A DNA stretch of 64,000 nt, taken from positions 1,557,063 to 1,621,062 of the forward strand of contig MU053557.1 in assembly GCA_013239625.1 (NCBI GenBank), in the 5' to 3' direction. Each line of letters opens with the position of its first letter. The stretch's first letter is position 1. Positions 51,600 through 64,000 of the stretch are shown one piece after another. Source of the DNA: Lama guanicoe. Lineage: Eukaryota. The notes beneath the pieces are model-generated. The model saw only the letters and a program-made list of their open reading frames with translations, did no database searches and was not told where the DNA came from. The position numbers and the translations under genes were made by a program.

Positions 51600-52450
51600 G
51601 TGTGCTCATTTGTCCATTCAATTTGCATAATCAATGAGCATCTACAATGTGTCAGGCATTGCATTATGTATGAAAATACAAAGATCAACTAAAGGAATAA
51701 GGGATCTGCTTTCAAGAAACTTATATGCTAGTGGGAGACACATAAAATAAGTAAGAAAATAAACATACACCCACACACAAAATTCAATTTGAGATAAAAG
51801 CTATCAAGGAAATGATGTGATAGAAAGTGACTGGCAGGAGGGACAAGCACTGATTCAGATGGAGCCATCTGTGAAGGACTCCAGAAAGAGAGTTTTGTTT
51901 TTTTAACTGAGAACTGAAATATAAGGAGCTAGTCAAAGAAAGAACCAGGGAAATAGAATCAGGGGTAGTAGACAGCTCAAGAATAAATGTCCTAGGACAC
52001 AAAAGAGCTTGGAATTCTTGAAGAACCTACAGAGGGCTTATGTGGCTGGAGAATGGTTTTCAGACATAGTTTGTATACAGGACCGGCAACTTGCTGATGG
52101 CTGGGACATAGAGAAAGGGGGGAAGGGAGAGGTCAGGGAGTTCTGCTTCCGTAAGATCTTGAGAAGCCAAGTACCTGCGGCTGATACTGAATGAAATGAG
52201 AAAGTTAGCTACAGGAACTGATGTTGAGGTGGCAACTGGGAATGAAGAATCCCATTTTTGGCATGTGGAGTTTGAGATTTCTGTGAAACAACTAATTTGA
52301 GACATTGAAGACACAGTTGATCATGTAGACCTAAAACCAGAACCCAGAGTGGAAGACAGGTAGTTCCCAAATGAAAATTGAGGTGTGTTACCAAAGGAGA
52401 TGTCATTTCTAAAGATGCTAAAAAGAAGAGAGTCCTCAAGTTCAAGTAAC
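51600..52450 (-). mobile_element. L2 fragment
   Basis: tgagcatctacaatgtgtcaggcattg; tttttggcatgtggagtttgag. Confidence 0.7.
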
Positions 52451-52789
52451 AAACCAACTATCAGAAGAGGATAGCCCATCAACAGACAATAAAGGTATAA
52501 TTTGGTAAAGGCTAAGTCACATATGCTCAGAGGGTTAGGTGCACTCAGAAGATGCAGTCAACTTAGTTAAAAGCAATGGGGAAAGGTCAGGAAACAATTT
52601 GGCTACCAGAGATTGGAGTTTAGAATAAACTATCTGTTCCTTAGCTCTCCTACATCTGGGCATCCCTTCCACTTGAAGAAGCTACAAAGTCATTGGCAAT
52701 TCGGAATTAAGATGCTTACTCTGCATTAGCAATGGGTGGTGACTTCTTCCTACTGGCCTGGGAAAAGACTGACACATTTGACTGCACCT

Positions 52790-53600
52790 GATTCTCCACC
52801 ACTCCCTTTACGTGCTATGCCAAGAAATCTGGCCATTTTTGATACCTCCCTCTATATCCACTCAGTCACTAAATCCTGCCATGTTACTTCTTCATCATCT
52901 GTCATAAAGAGTCGCTTTACTCTATCTCCACAGCCAACCCCACTCCAAGCCAACAGTACCTCTAACCCAGGCCACTGACATGGAAATCTAGAACCAGGGA
53001 TGTCCTGTGGGAACACAAAGCAGATACTGTTACCCCACTGCTTCAGTCTCTTTGGTGACTTCCTCCACACTCTGAAGAGAACAATTACACTCCTTTCAGC
53101 AGCCCACTAGGCCTCCATGTAACCCGGTCTGCTTGTCTCTTCAGCCTCAACTCAGGATAGCTTCATCTTCATTCTCCAAGTTTCCGACATGTGACCCCAC
53201 TCCTCTTTAGTTATTTTTCATTTCTTCCAACCTCAGGGAGTTCAACTATTCTGTTTATTCTTCCTATCCTTAGCCTTGCCTTTTATTCTTCTTTAACTTA
53301 TTAAAACCTATGTGTCGTTCAGGTAAGTGTTCAGTCACCACTTCTTCAAGAAGTTCTTCCTAGAGCCCCCCGCCTCCCAGACTAGCCGAGTTCCCAGTAC
53401 AGGCTCTCACAGCTCCCAGTATTTCCTCTTTGCAGCAATTATCATCATTTTAATTAAAGAATCAGACTCTCATTGGTCTATTAACTCCCTGAGGGTAAGG
53501 ACAGGGTTGTCTTGACACATCCTTGTATCTTCAGTGCCTAGAACAGGGCCTACCATGTGTCCCTGCTCAATGAATATTTTGGGGATAGATACATGGATTT
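52790..53600 (+). mobile_element. L2 3' fragment
   Basis: ccaagaaatctggccatttttgatacctccctc; ctccctgagggtaaggacaggg...cagtgcctagaacagggcct. Confidence 0.7.
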
Positions 53601-55930
53601 TTAACACTGGTCTGCCCCCCTCTGGAGAGAGCAGATCACTGTTTCAGGGTAGGCTCATTTGCAAATGACTAAAAATAAAAATGAAATGCAAACAAAATGT
53701 TCCTTGTCAGAATGAAGCTGCTGAGAAAGAGCAGTTTAAAAGCTGATTCTGAGCAAAAGAACATGGAAAACTAATACTCCTTAAATAGCTTCTTAAATAC
53801 AGTCATCAATCAAAAGTCATGTCTTCGTGGATCTTCATTATATGGGGAATCTACTGAAAAATGCACAGCCCCTTACTGCAAAATACACAGAGCAGTGACT
53901 TGCAAATAGTTTACAGAGATTGAGAATTTAAACAGACACAGCTGAGCCCAAGAAGTTATAGCCCTGTTGTCAACGAGAGGCAATAATTGAAGTCACCCAA
54001 CTAAATACTATTTCTAATGACACCTTGGCCATCTAAAAATATTAGCTGGAGGCCACGATGGAAACGCTGCTAAGTTGGCACTTTTCAGTGCACAGCAAAG
54101 CAACAATCTACCTCCTGTGCAGTGAGTCAGGAACTTGAATAGAAAAGCTGTCAGTTACCAAGGCATTGGTATTGCACTGTCCTGTTGGGAACTTTGAAAG
54201 AAACAGAAGACTCGGGCCGTGACCATCCAATCCCCATGCTCAGATGAATTATTAAGTATCAATTTAGATCAAACCACCCCAGCCTTCAATGCTGAATCCA
54301 ACTTAATGTTTGTTCTGTTGGGTTGTTTAATCAGACTGGATTCTGTCAAACCAGATGCGTATAAGGTACCAGAGCTGAAAACATATCAAAGGACACAATC
54401 GACTGGAGCTGGACAGAGAATTCTGTAAGGCAGTGTGGTAAAGCAGAGGATGCCTGGCAGGGAGTTGGTCAAAGACATGGAAATGTGAAGGTGGCAGCAA
54501 TGGGGACAACAACAACTATGGTGATCACGATCATGTTAAGGATCTGCAAAGGAAGGAAAGCACTTTCACAGTGTTGATCTCATTTAACCTGCAAGATGGC
54601 TTAGAGACAGGAAGAAGCATAGCTACGTCACTTGATTTGGTCACGACAGATGATCGGAGGTGAGTTAAGTTATTAGTGGAAGTTGGGAATGACCGTTCTC
54701 CCCACTTATTGGACATCTTATCATTCTTTCCCATAACAGCTCTATTTTAGAGCCTTCACTGGGTCCCAGTGTCTCTGAATTTCTGCGTCTTGACTTCAAA
54801 GTCATCCATTATTGCCCACACCCAGCCTTCTTTCCCACTGCTTCTCAGTACTTTCCCTCCCACACTGAAGTATCATCAATGTGACCCGGTCATTCACACC
54901 TCCAATCTTCACCAGGCCAGCCTTCAGCCAACTGCCCCCTCCCCTCTGCCCATCCAAGGCTGAGCTCAAATACAACCTCCTCCAGAAGGGTTGTCCCGAC
55001 TGCTTGGTCCTCTCCATTTTCTGAACAACCAGAATATCACACTTTTAGGCATGCAACTAAAACAAAACCTAAGAACGTGTTCTAAGTGGCTTGATATTTT
55101 CATATATGTTTGTTTTTGCCCTTTAAACTAGAGAACTTTAAGGCAGAGACGGTGTCTTATGGCCCTTTCCTGTCCCGTGGTTGTTCATTCTGTGTGGAGC
55201 TCACAATAGTGCTCAACACCCTTGTTCTCTGATCACTCCCCCTTCTTTCTATCATGGGTGTATGTTAAGAAAAATCTTAGGGGGACAGATTAAAATCTGC
55301 AGGATTTGATGCAACAAAATTTCAGAATTAATTTCCAATCATTCCCTTGACAGCTGCCTGCATAATAGACCGTTCATCAGTTTTTAAAGTCAGTTTATAT
55401 TTTAATGCAGCAAGAGAATATTGGACAGCTCCCCAGAGTAAAATTACCATCAAAGAGAAACTCCCCATTTTTAAGACTAAGAAAAATGCAAGTTATTTGG
55501 GATTGGTAAGACAGCAGGGAGAAGAATGAGAGGTGACTGGTCTCAAAACAGCTCTAACTGGAAAAGCAACACACAGATTAGAAGAACTGGCCTCTGTTCT
55601 TGCTTTTCCAAACCACCCTTTGACCCCTGGAAAACCACTCAGCAGCTCTCTGAGCATCTAATGAAAGATAGCACCTCACCATGTGCATGCACAATGTTCT
55701 CATTCTGTTCATTCCACATGGTTACTCTCATCCATATCCTTCTCTGTGGTCTCCTAATTCCAACTGTACCCACTTTAAGCCATTCTCCTTTCTAGATCCA
55801 GTACAACTTCTCTAAAGAGCAGACATGATCACATTACCTACCTGCTGAACTCCCTCAATGACTCTCCATCACTTTAAAGTCCGTACTCTTTAGTGTGGTG
55901 TATAAGGCCCTTCATGATCTGTTTCTTATT

Positions 55931-56495
55931 TGAGGCGGGAAGCCCCATAAAGAGACCAGCAGGACCTCTAGGCAGGGCCGCTGCTCTCCTCCCAGCACCG
56001 TCCGGTTCCCTGGACCAGAGGCTCTCACTTTTTGCCTCTAAAGCAGCTAACTTACACCTAAAATTCTGTTGGTTCCCTGAGCTCACTTCTGATTGGTTAT
56101 TTCCTTCACTCCTGATTGACTACTCTCACTCCTGATTGATTACTCTCAATTCTGATTGGTCCACTTCCCTAACTTCTGATTGGTCCATTTGTAGTACTTC
56201 ATTTGCATGGAGCTCACTCCTGATTGGCCTATTTCTACAAAGCTTGTTCCTGGTTGGTCAACTTCTGTTATATTTATTTGCATATGATGCTACAAAGTGT
56301 AAAACTGGCAGCCTATAAAAGGCCTGTGTAAACCTACAGATGAGGTTCAGAGCTTTAAGTGTTAACTCCTCTGGGCCAGCTGGCGTAATAAACCTGAGTT
56401 CTCCAACTCTGAGTGCTGCTTGGTCTCTCGCCTGGATCCAGGTTGCTGTCACATCTGAGCTGTAGCACCGAGCTGTAACACGTTTTTCCGCAACA
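55931..56495 (+). mobile_element. ERV1-like solo LTR with tandem CCAAT boxes, inserted in an L2
   Basis: tgaggcgg...ccgcaaca termini; probable 4-bp TSD attt (55928-55931 overlapping the first T / 56496-56499); TATAAAA at 56314-56320; AATAAA at 56387-56392; L2 text continues across the site (catgatctgtttcttatt|tacatctcc). Confidence 0.9.
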
Positions 56496-57752
56496 ATTTA
56501 CATCTCCTTCTTCCCTATCCAATCCTCCCTTTGACTCTAAAGCTCCAGTTACACTTATTTTATTTACAGCAACTCACATTTGCACTATCTCATCTCTGAG
56601 TTTTCACACAGATTTTTTTTTCCCAAGAACACTCTGCTTACCTCCAAACCTTCAATGTAATAACTTGTTATTCTTTGGATCTCAGCTTTGACATCCTTTC
56701 CTCCCAGAAGCTATCCTGACTCCAGTTCTAAGTTAGATGCCCAGCTTATGTTCCCCAATATGCACTATTTTCCCTCACTGTGGCACAGATCATCGTGGGT
56801 TGTGATTTTCTAGTTACTGTTCTATGTCCCAACAAGACTGTTAATCTCCTTTTGAACAGAGAATGTGTCTGTCTTTTTAATGAATTATTTCCAGAGCCTA
56901 GCATCATTCTTAGCCCACAGTATAAATGCTCAGTAAGGAGTCTGGAAGGAAAGAAGGAAGGAAGTAGGGGAGGGAGGGAGTAAGTCAAGGAAGAATCACA
57001 AAAGGAAGGGAGGGGGAGGAGAAGAAAGGGAACAGTTAACATTTCTGGGGCAAACAAATCAATGCCATAGCTTTTCCAAAGATGTAGCCATTTCCTAGGT
57101 GAGAAGAAAATGAACTCACCAGTATCTATTGTGAAAAAAATCTAAAACTCCCATCATGAATGAAATGTAAATATAAAGTTTCTGGATCTTAAGCAGTTGT
57201 TCTTTTCAGCAAAATATGTGCGAATTGGTAATAAGCTCTGTAGGTGTGAACATGGAATACTAATGCTGCCATAAAGAGATTTATTTTGAGATCTGAGACC
57301 CCTGAGCTAGAGGCATGTAACGTATTTACTTACTAAGCATGGAATTTCATTTGAATTGGAAAGAGTAACCTCAAATCATGGTGCATATATTTTGCTAAAT
57401 AAAAACAAACAAACAAAAAAGAAGAAAAAAAAAACACGCTGCAATATGCCCTCAAGAGAATCAGGACATATGTTATTGAGACCAATCCAGGAGAATACTG
57501 TTGGCAGAATGGATAGAAAAGCCCTGACTGAATGAGATGATCCAGTCAAAACTCACATTCATCATCACTTTGCAGTTTACAAAATGCTTTCAAGTGCATT
57601 AGAGCATCTGTTTCTCTCAAGAACAGATCATTCTACTCTTTGCTTAGATATCCCAACAGTCTCCCCTTGTTCTCAGAATAAAACTCAAGAATCTTTTTAT
57701 GGCCTCTAGTTTCTACATGGTCTAGCTCTTGCCCTCTGCAGTTTCATCTTAA

Positions 57753-57987
57753 CAATGCTACTAAAAGAAGCCAGCCTGCCAGTTGTGATTGGGATATGGT
57801 GAGTTATGGGCACCAGAATGCACATCAACTACGTAACTAAGCATACTGTTAGATTCAGCTGACTCCTTAGAAAATAAAAGAAGAATTGCATTTGTTACTC
57901 TCATATAAGTGTCTAACTTGTTGCACACCAGTAACAAAGAGTGTGGAGATGACCACTAGTCTATGGACCACATGTTGAACAGCAGGG
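57753..57987. mobile_element. hAT-Charlie-type MITE within an L2
   Basis: Ends caatgctactaaaag and tatggaccacatgttgaacagcaggg resemble degenerate MER5/MER119-type TIRs. Confidence 0.4.
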
Positions 57988-59516
57988 CATACAGCCCTCT
58001 CACCTTCTGTCAATATCATTTAGTAACACATGTCTTTACTCTCTAGAAGCAACCTTTCTGGTGACCTCTCATCCTTCAGCTCTCAGGTCTCCATTACCTC
58101 CTTAGAGAGGCTCTCCCTGACTGCCCTAATAAAGCAGCACCCTCAACCTCCAATCCAACTGCTTCTTTCTTTCTTTCATAGTGCTTACCACGATTGGGCA
58201 ATTATCATTTTGGTTTTTTCTGCTTGTTGATATCATGTCTACCACCACTACATTTCCCCTAACAAAACAAGATGCGCTTCGTGCATAGTATACGCTCAAT
58301 AAGTATCTGCTGAATGAACAATTTAACAACCTCATGAGATAGGAGTTATTTCAATTCTATAAATTAGTAAACTGAAGCTCAGGGAGTTTAAATGTCTCTT
58401 AAAAGAAGCAACCTTTTACAGTTTTGTTTTACTTTAGAATTAAGAAAGCACTTTCATCAGTATGAGCTCTTCATGTTATGTATTAAGTACCACATCATCT
58501 GTGGTGAGAAACAATATTCAAAGAAAATTAGTGACTAGTCCAGCATCACTGATAACTAAGTGATAAAGAGCAAGGATAAATAGGCAGGTCTCCTAAACCC
58601 AAGATTAGTGTCTGTCAAAGTAGATAACATGACCCTCTAAGAGAGCTTTAGAAGGCCTTCCAGAAAGTGATATATCAATTTTTAATGGGATGCATACAGG
58701 TAGGGCCATCCTTTTATAGGAGGTGGGGATAGTAGGGTATTGAAGGAGATGGGGAAAGTCTTGACACTGGGCAAACGGCTTAACCATCTGAATTACTATT
58801 AGTAAAATAATGGTATTATCAACTCTGTCCCAGAGTTACTGTAAGAATTCAACAAAAGTATGGAAGCAAAGGGTGAATGGTGTTTAGCAAAGAGTAGGTG
58901 CTCAGTTGCAATAGATATGATTTACCTTCCCTTTCTTCTTTTTCCATCTCTGTACTGAAAAGCAATGGCCACGACCATCGTCACTATGATGTGATACATA
59001 ATTCACTCCAGGGAGGACTGCTTATAGAAATGATTATTTCTCAGTCTACAGTGGGGAGTAAATTATATTCAGCCTAACGGGTGTGTACAGATGCTGATAA
59101 ACACCTCATGTTTGGTATTGGTTTTATCTTCCCTTGATACTGCTGGCGGTATCAGAAAAGGACTTCACAGCTGGGTCAGGCCAGCTCAGGAAACTTAAGA
59201 CTTCACTTACCCAATCCTATCACAGGTCTAAAAAAACAGAAAAAGTCTCACTTCTGTGCCTCCAAATTTTCCTTAATGTAGTTCATTAAATTTATAAAGA
59301 CTCACTGGGCCCCAGGCTTCTGGATCCAACACAGAGCCAAATTAAAAGTCATGGAGATGCCCCTTACTCTTGGTTTCCTCAGCTCTTTGTGGAGGTTATA
59401 ATATACACCATGCCTACCCCTTTATAAAAGGTACAGCAGGGACCAGGCATCTCCTTAACAGGACTCCTTAACCTGGTTATTCTTCATACATCTATAGCCC
59501 TCCTGAAATTGTATGC

Positions 59517-59521
<5 letters not shown>

Positions 59522-59552
<31 letters not shown>
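59522..59552. repeat. (TG)15 microsatellite
   Basis: Perfect TG run. Confidence 0.97.
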
Positions 59553-59554
<2 letters not shown>

Positions 59555-60067
59555 CAATGTGTATAGTTTTAAGGCATAACTGTCCTTAGCTTTCACTGGA
59601 CTTGCGAACTTTTGAATCTTTATTCAAAAGAGGTTAACAAGATATTCAGAAATCTTTTAGCTACTAACTTGTTTTGAGTAGAAGATGTCTACCACTCACT
59701 CCACTGAGACCTCAAAGTTCTGAAAAATTACTCATTTCAAAAGTACCTTATTATTTTGAAAATGAGATTATGAGTTTTGAAAGACATAAGAAATTTTCTG
59801 ATCAATGATGGGGTTAAATATTTACGTATAAGAATGTTCATTAAATTTTTATCTATAAACCAAAAGGAAATTAGGAAATAACTGAATGGGTCGATAATAA
59901 GAAGACTAAATAAGTCATATTCTATCAAGGGAATACAGCCAACAGAAATTATCATTTCAAGGCTCTCTGATGATATAGAAAGATTTCCAACATGCAAAAT
60001 AAGCTTAAAAAGCAGAATATAAAATTGTACAGACAGTAAAATTCTATTTTTGTTTTAATGTTTAGAC

Positions 60068-60289
60068 ATAGTTCTCAACTGAAGTCAATTTTGCTACCAA
60101 GGGGACATTTGGCAATGTCTGGAAACATTTTTGATTCTTATGACTGGGTAGCAGGGAGATTCTGTTGGCATCTCTACTCTTTTGAGTAGAGGCCATGGAT
60201 GCCGTAAACACTCTAGGATTCACAGGTCATGCCCCAACGACAATTATTCTGCCCAAAATGTCAATAGCGCTGAGGTGAAGAAAGAACCC
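60068..60289 (+). mobile_element. MER20 hAT-Charlie MITE inserted in an L1ME-like relic (~59740-60430)
   Basis: ggggacatttggcaatgtctggaaacatttttg; gagtagaggccatggatgccgtaaaca; gcccaaaatgtcaatagcgctgagg. Confidence 0.85.
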
Positions 60290-62489
60290 ATAGAGTGTAG
60301 GGGAAATATTGGAAGAAAATATACTCTAATTATAACATTTGATCTGATTTATTGATTCTATACATTTTTTTATTTAAACAAATGTTTCTCAAAGCACATT
60401 TTTCTTTTATAATTTGATAAAAATAATAATTAAGGGAAAAAAATCCAAATTTGCCCTTCCTTTTTGAAATAAGTCAATAATAATGAGGTCAGCATAGAAA
60501 CAGATTGTGAAACTGGTCAGAACATCAAAGGAGGAGGATCAACAGAGCATAAATATGAATTATCATGGGGTTTTATTTCTGCTCTGACTCCTTGGGTAGT
60601 ATAAGGGGGAAATGCCATCAGCCACCTGGGGTGTTAGAAATAAAAAGCAGCATGCTATTATGTGATTCTGACACTGATCTTCATCTTGAGTCAAGCAGAG
60701 GCAGTCACAAGAGGGACAGGAACGAGGACTACAGCTGCTCTGAATGAGTATCTAAAATGCCCTCAGGAAATTCAGATGTCCCTGGGGAGCTGTGTCCTGA
60801 AACCTCTTAGGGACTCAATACTTGGAGTACACATAATTTTCAAATTATACACCCTTCATCTATTTTCCTCTAGACAATACACCACAATTGAAAACACTTG
60901 AGATATTACAATTGCCCCTTTAGACTGAGCAACAGCCTTTCTTTTCAATTGATAAGATTCCTTGAGCTGACTCAGAAAACACTGTCTACCAATGTACCAG
61001 AACAAAAAAAAGTGTATCTCCTTTTCCCGTAAAATCCATTCCACCACATAAATTTACCATTAATATAGGTATGAACTATGATTCCCAATAAACAATTTAA
61101 GACTATTTAATTACCAGTTTAAATCAGAGGCATGTATTATTTTAATATATTTACCTTTTTATTTGTATAGGAAAACTTCTATTACACGGATGCATTTTCA
61201 GATTTGAAGTATCTTTACTCTGAAATGCATAATGATTAAAAGAGAAAAATAAAAGGCTAGATCACATCTCCAACATCTGCTGGGCACACCTCTTGCTTTT
61301 TCTTTGATGTCTGAAACTCCCAAAATGGAATTTGTAGAAAAGATTTGAATAATTACAATTTAACACGTTGAAAGAGTTATTACTCCAGCAATGCAAAAAT
61401 GACCAAGAGTCACCACAAGTCATGTTGATTGCAGCAACCTGATGGCAATTCCCCATCATTTTCCAGGCTACCTGGTCATGACTCTCAGGCTGGACCAGTG
61501 ACTTCAATGAAGGGCCCTTGCTGGTCACACTGCCACCATACACATCACCCTAATCATAGCAAACTGTCCTCATTTATTATAATGGTAATACATACAACAT
61601 ATATTTAGATATTTCAAGCAGACAGATTCCAAAATAAATGATCTGTTACTCCATTAGCACAGAAACTTATAATAATACATACATAACAAATGATTTGGAT
61701 TGAAATGAAAACTTTTTATTTTCTATACTTGGCTCCAAGTTGCCAACTTTTCTTCCCCTCACTTATTCTCCCCAGGCCCCAGCTCCAGCTTTGTAAGTAT
61801 TTACTGCCTTCCTTGTCCTAGGACTCTGCTAAGCACAGCACAGACATCCTTCATTCATTCACTTCACAAATATTTTGCAGTACCCTCCGTATACAACACC
61901 TCTTTAATCTTCCCAAAGATATATAAGGCAGGCATTACATAATTCATTTTACAGATGAGAAAATGAAAATTACAGAAATTTAAATAGAGTCACATAGACA
62001 CCAGAAGCATAACATGGATTTAATTCATCCGCTGAGTCCAAAGTCCATGCTTTCTATAACACTATACTACTTCCTAAGACCACACTGCTAGCAGCTCTAT
62101 GATATAATATTAGGAGTAACAACAATATGTCTTTGTTCAAATAAGCTCCTTCAAAAATATTTCCTATCCCACAACTAGAGATTTATTCTTCTTAGTTGCA
62201 GGATGATCTATGTTTTAAAAATAAGTAACTCTTAAAAATGAAAGAAGCTATTCAGTCTTTTTTACTTAAATGTGAATGACTTCCCAGATCTTCTTGTGAG
62301 ACCAACTGATAATGGAGAAAGAGAGAATGAGAGCTTAGGATACATGAATATAAGTAAAAGAAAATGGTACAAGTCAGAGCACAAGAAAAGAATTTCTGGG
62401 CAGCACAAAAAATCAATTTGTCCTATTTTCAACCTGACCCAAGATTTACCCTGTCTTTTGTTCTATTATTGGCCAAGAGATTAGATAGA

Positions 62490-62720
62490 TTGGTAATAAG
62501 CAACATGTGGGTTTGGAATTGACTGGTTCAAATCTCTTCTCCACAGCTAGTTGCCTTTGTATTCTTGGACAAGATATCTAACCTCTAGGTTTTACTTCTT
62601 TCATCCATAAAATGGAAATTACACTACCTATCCCACTGGATGGTCATAAAGATTAAATTAGAGAGTATATGCTTAATGACTATTTTTCTATAAGTGGTAT
62701 TCAATAAATGACAACAGTCA
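62490..62720 (+). mobile_element. MIR SINE
   Basis: ggttcaaatctc...cttggacaagatatctaacctct...catccataaaatgg. Confidence 0.7.
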
Positions 62721-62749
62721 TTAGAAGATGGAGAATGGAGATGAGATAA

Positions 62750-63500
62750 CAATAGTGTCAGGTGGATTCAACTTGGTCATAGGACTGCGTCTAAAAGATA
62801 CTAAATTCAATGCTCATCAAATATTCTTGTATTTCCCTGTATTTTTAACTGCTGTATACTTAGATTGGGGTCATACAACTAGTTCCAGCTATTGAACTAT
62901 CAGTAGACGGACATGGAGTAAGCATAAAGCATGAGTGAAAAATAAAATTTGGTGTGGAAGTCACTGAGATTTCAGGGGTTAATTTGTTACTGCAGCACAA
63001 CTTAGTCTAACCTGACTAATAACATATGAATGATTGTCATCCTAGAGTCTGTAGTGGTATGCAGGAGTTCATCCACAGCCACGCCCAATGTAACATTACC
63101 ATCAATGACTGGGTGATCATTTGCAGCTGATCATAGCATGACAAAAAGCTGGGAGGAACAACTGATTAGATAGATGATAAAATAACAGGCCCCAGAAAGG
63201 TCTCAGGAGACTGAAACTATGATCCAAATTGAATGTCACAAAACTTAACTTGAATAAACATCATCTCTTACACACAGCTCCAAAAACTCAACTTCCCAAG
63301 CATAAAATTGGAGAGGAAGGATGCAGCAGTGGTGTGTACAAGGAATTCTGACGGATATTTACCATGCAAATAATTGTTCAGCAAAGGTACACCTTGTGAC
63401 CACTAAAGTGAGTTCAATGTTACATTAAACGTGTCCTAAATAAGCCATTAAAAGCCCCATTCTCTTATGCTAGCCAAATACTCCTTGAGTACAGGAAGCC
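62750..63500 (+). mobile_element. CR1/L3 LINE RT relic, interrupted by an MLT1 3' fragment (~62870-63025)
   Basis: gcatgacaaaaagctgggagga resembles the CR1 FADDTKLGG codons; ggtggattca...; caaaaactcaacttcccaagcataaa; MLT end aagtcactgagatttcagggg...cctgactaataac. Confidence 0.6.
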
Positions 63501-63560
63501 ATGTGAGGATAATAGGTCCTGGGGAAAAAAGTCTACTTAACAGTAATCCATTTTAAAGAG

Positions 63561-64000
63561 TGTGCTGGAATCTTCCATTAATCCTCATAATTTCCACTCT
63601 CCTTCTCCATCCTGTTCCATGCTTAAGAAAATGGATCTATTTGCACTCTAGCTTCTAATTAGTTTTGGCCATTTGGAGGCACTGGCATGAGATGAGAGGG
63701 CAGGAGGGGAGCGAAGTTAAGAGTATTTATTTGCTGGCTTCCTCCTTGTGTGATCACCATGAGTTGGCTGTGTCCCCATTCTCTACCAAAAGTGGCACTT
63801 TCCAGACAGTACTCTTTCTGAGTTCAAGTAACTCCTCTCTCCAACTGACTTCTCAATCTTAGGCGAGGTTATGGCTTCCCACTACTGCTAACCCTGAGGC
63901 ACTGTATTATCCCTTGGGAGTTTCTCGAAAGCCTCTCCAAACCTTTGTAAGTAAACTCTCCTCAACTACCAGTATGACTGTGCCTTCTGCTTCTATCCAA
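63561..64000 (+). mobile_element. ERVL LTR, LTR33-like (runs off the window)
   Basis: ttttggccatttggaggcactggcatgagatgagagggcaggagg...gtatttattt; ggcttcccactactgctaaccctgaggcactg. Confidence 0.75.

Noticed and set aside
56080..56260. Regularly spaced short repeats superficially like a CRISPR array
   Set aside because: Eukaryotic LTR U3 tandem units without unique spacers; no cas genes

Overview
Mammalian non-coding DNA (intronic or intergenic), AT-rich and dense in transposable elements. Three tRNA-derived SINEs of the camelid Vic-1 type suggest camel, alpaca or llama (inference from recalled consensus). I found no convincing host protein-coding exon and no host gene can be named. The only ORF with recognisable protein homology is the C-terminal part of LINE-1 ORF2 in a young, 5'-truncated L1 (2436-4038) with an intact frame and a 14-bp TSD. 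Other elements are an old, internally deleted L1M (~19.4-23.4 kb), two ERV1-like solo LTRs inserted into L2 copies, several ERVL/MaLR LTRs, hAT MITEs, a CR1/L3 relic and many L2/MIR fragments. The most unusual observation is a 39-nt tailless retrocopy of the 5S rRNA 5' end (30642-30680, minus strand). Its 17-bp TSD duplicated a perfect palindromic estrogen response element, giving two EREs 53 bp apart. A second highlight is a solo LTR (55931-56495) with a tandem CCAAT-box array, two octamers, a TATA box and a poly(A) signal. I see no evidence of a new multi-gene system. Repeat subfamily names come from memory of consensus sequences, and boundaries of old repeats are approximate.
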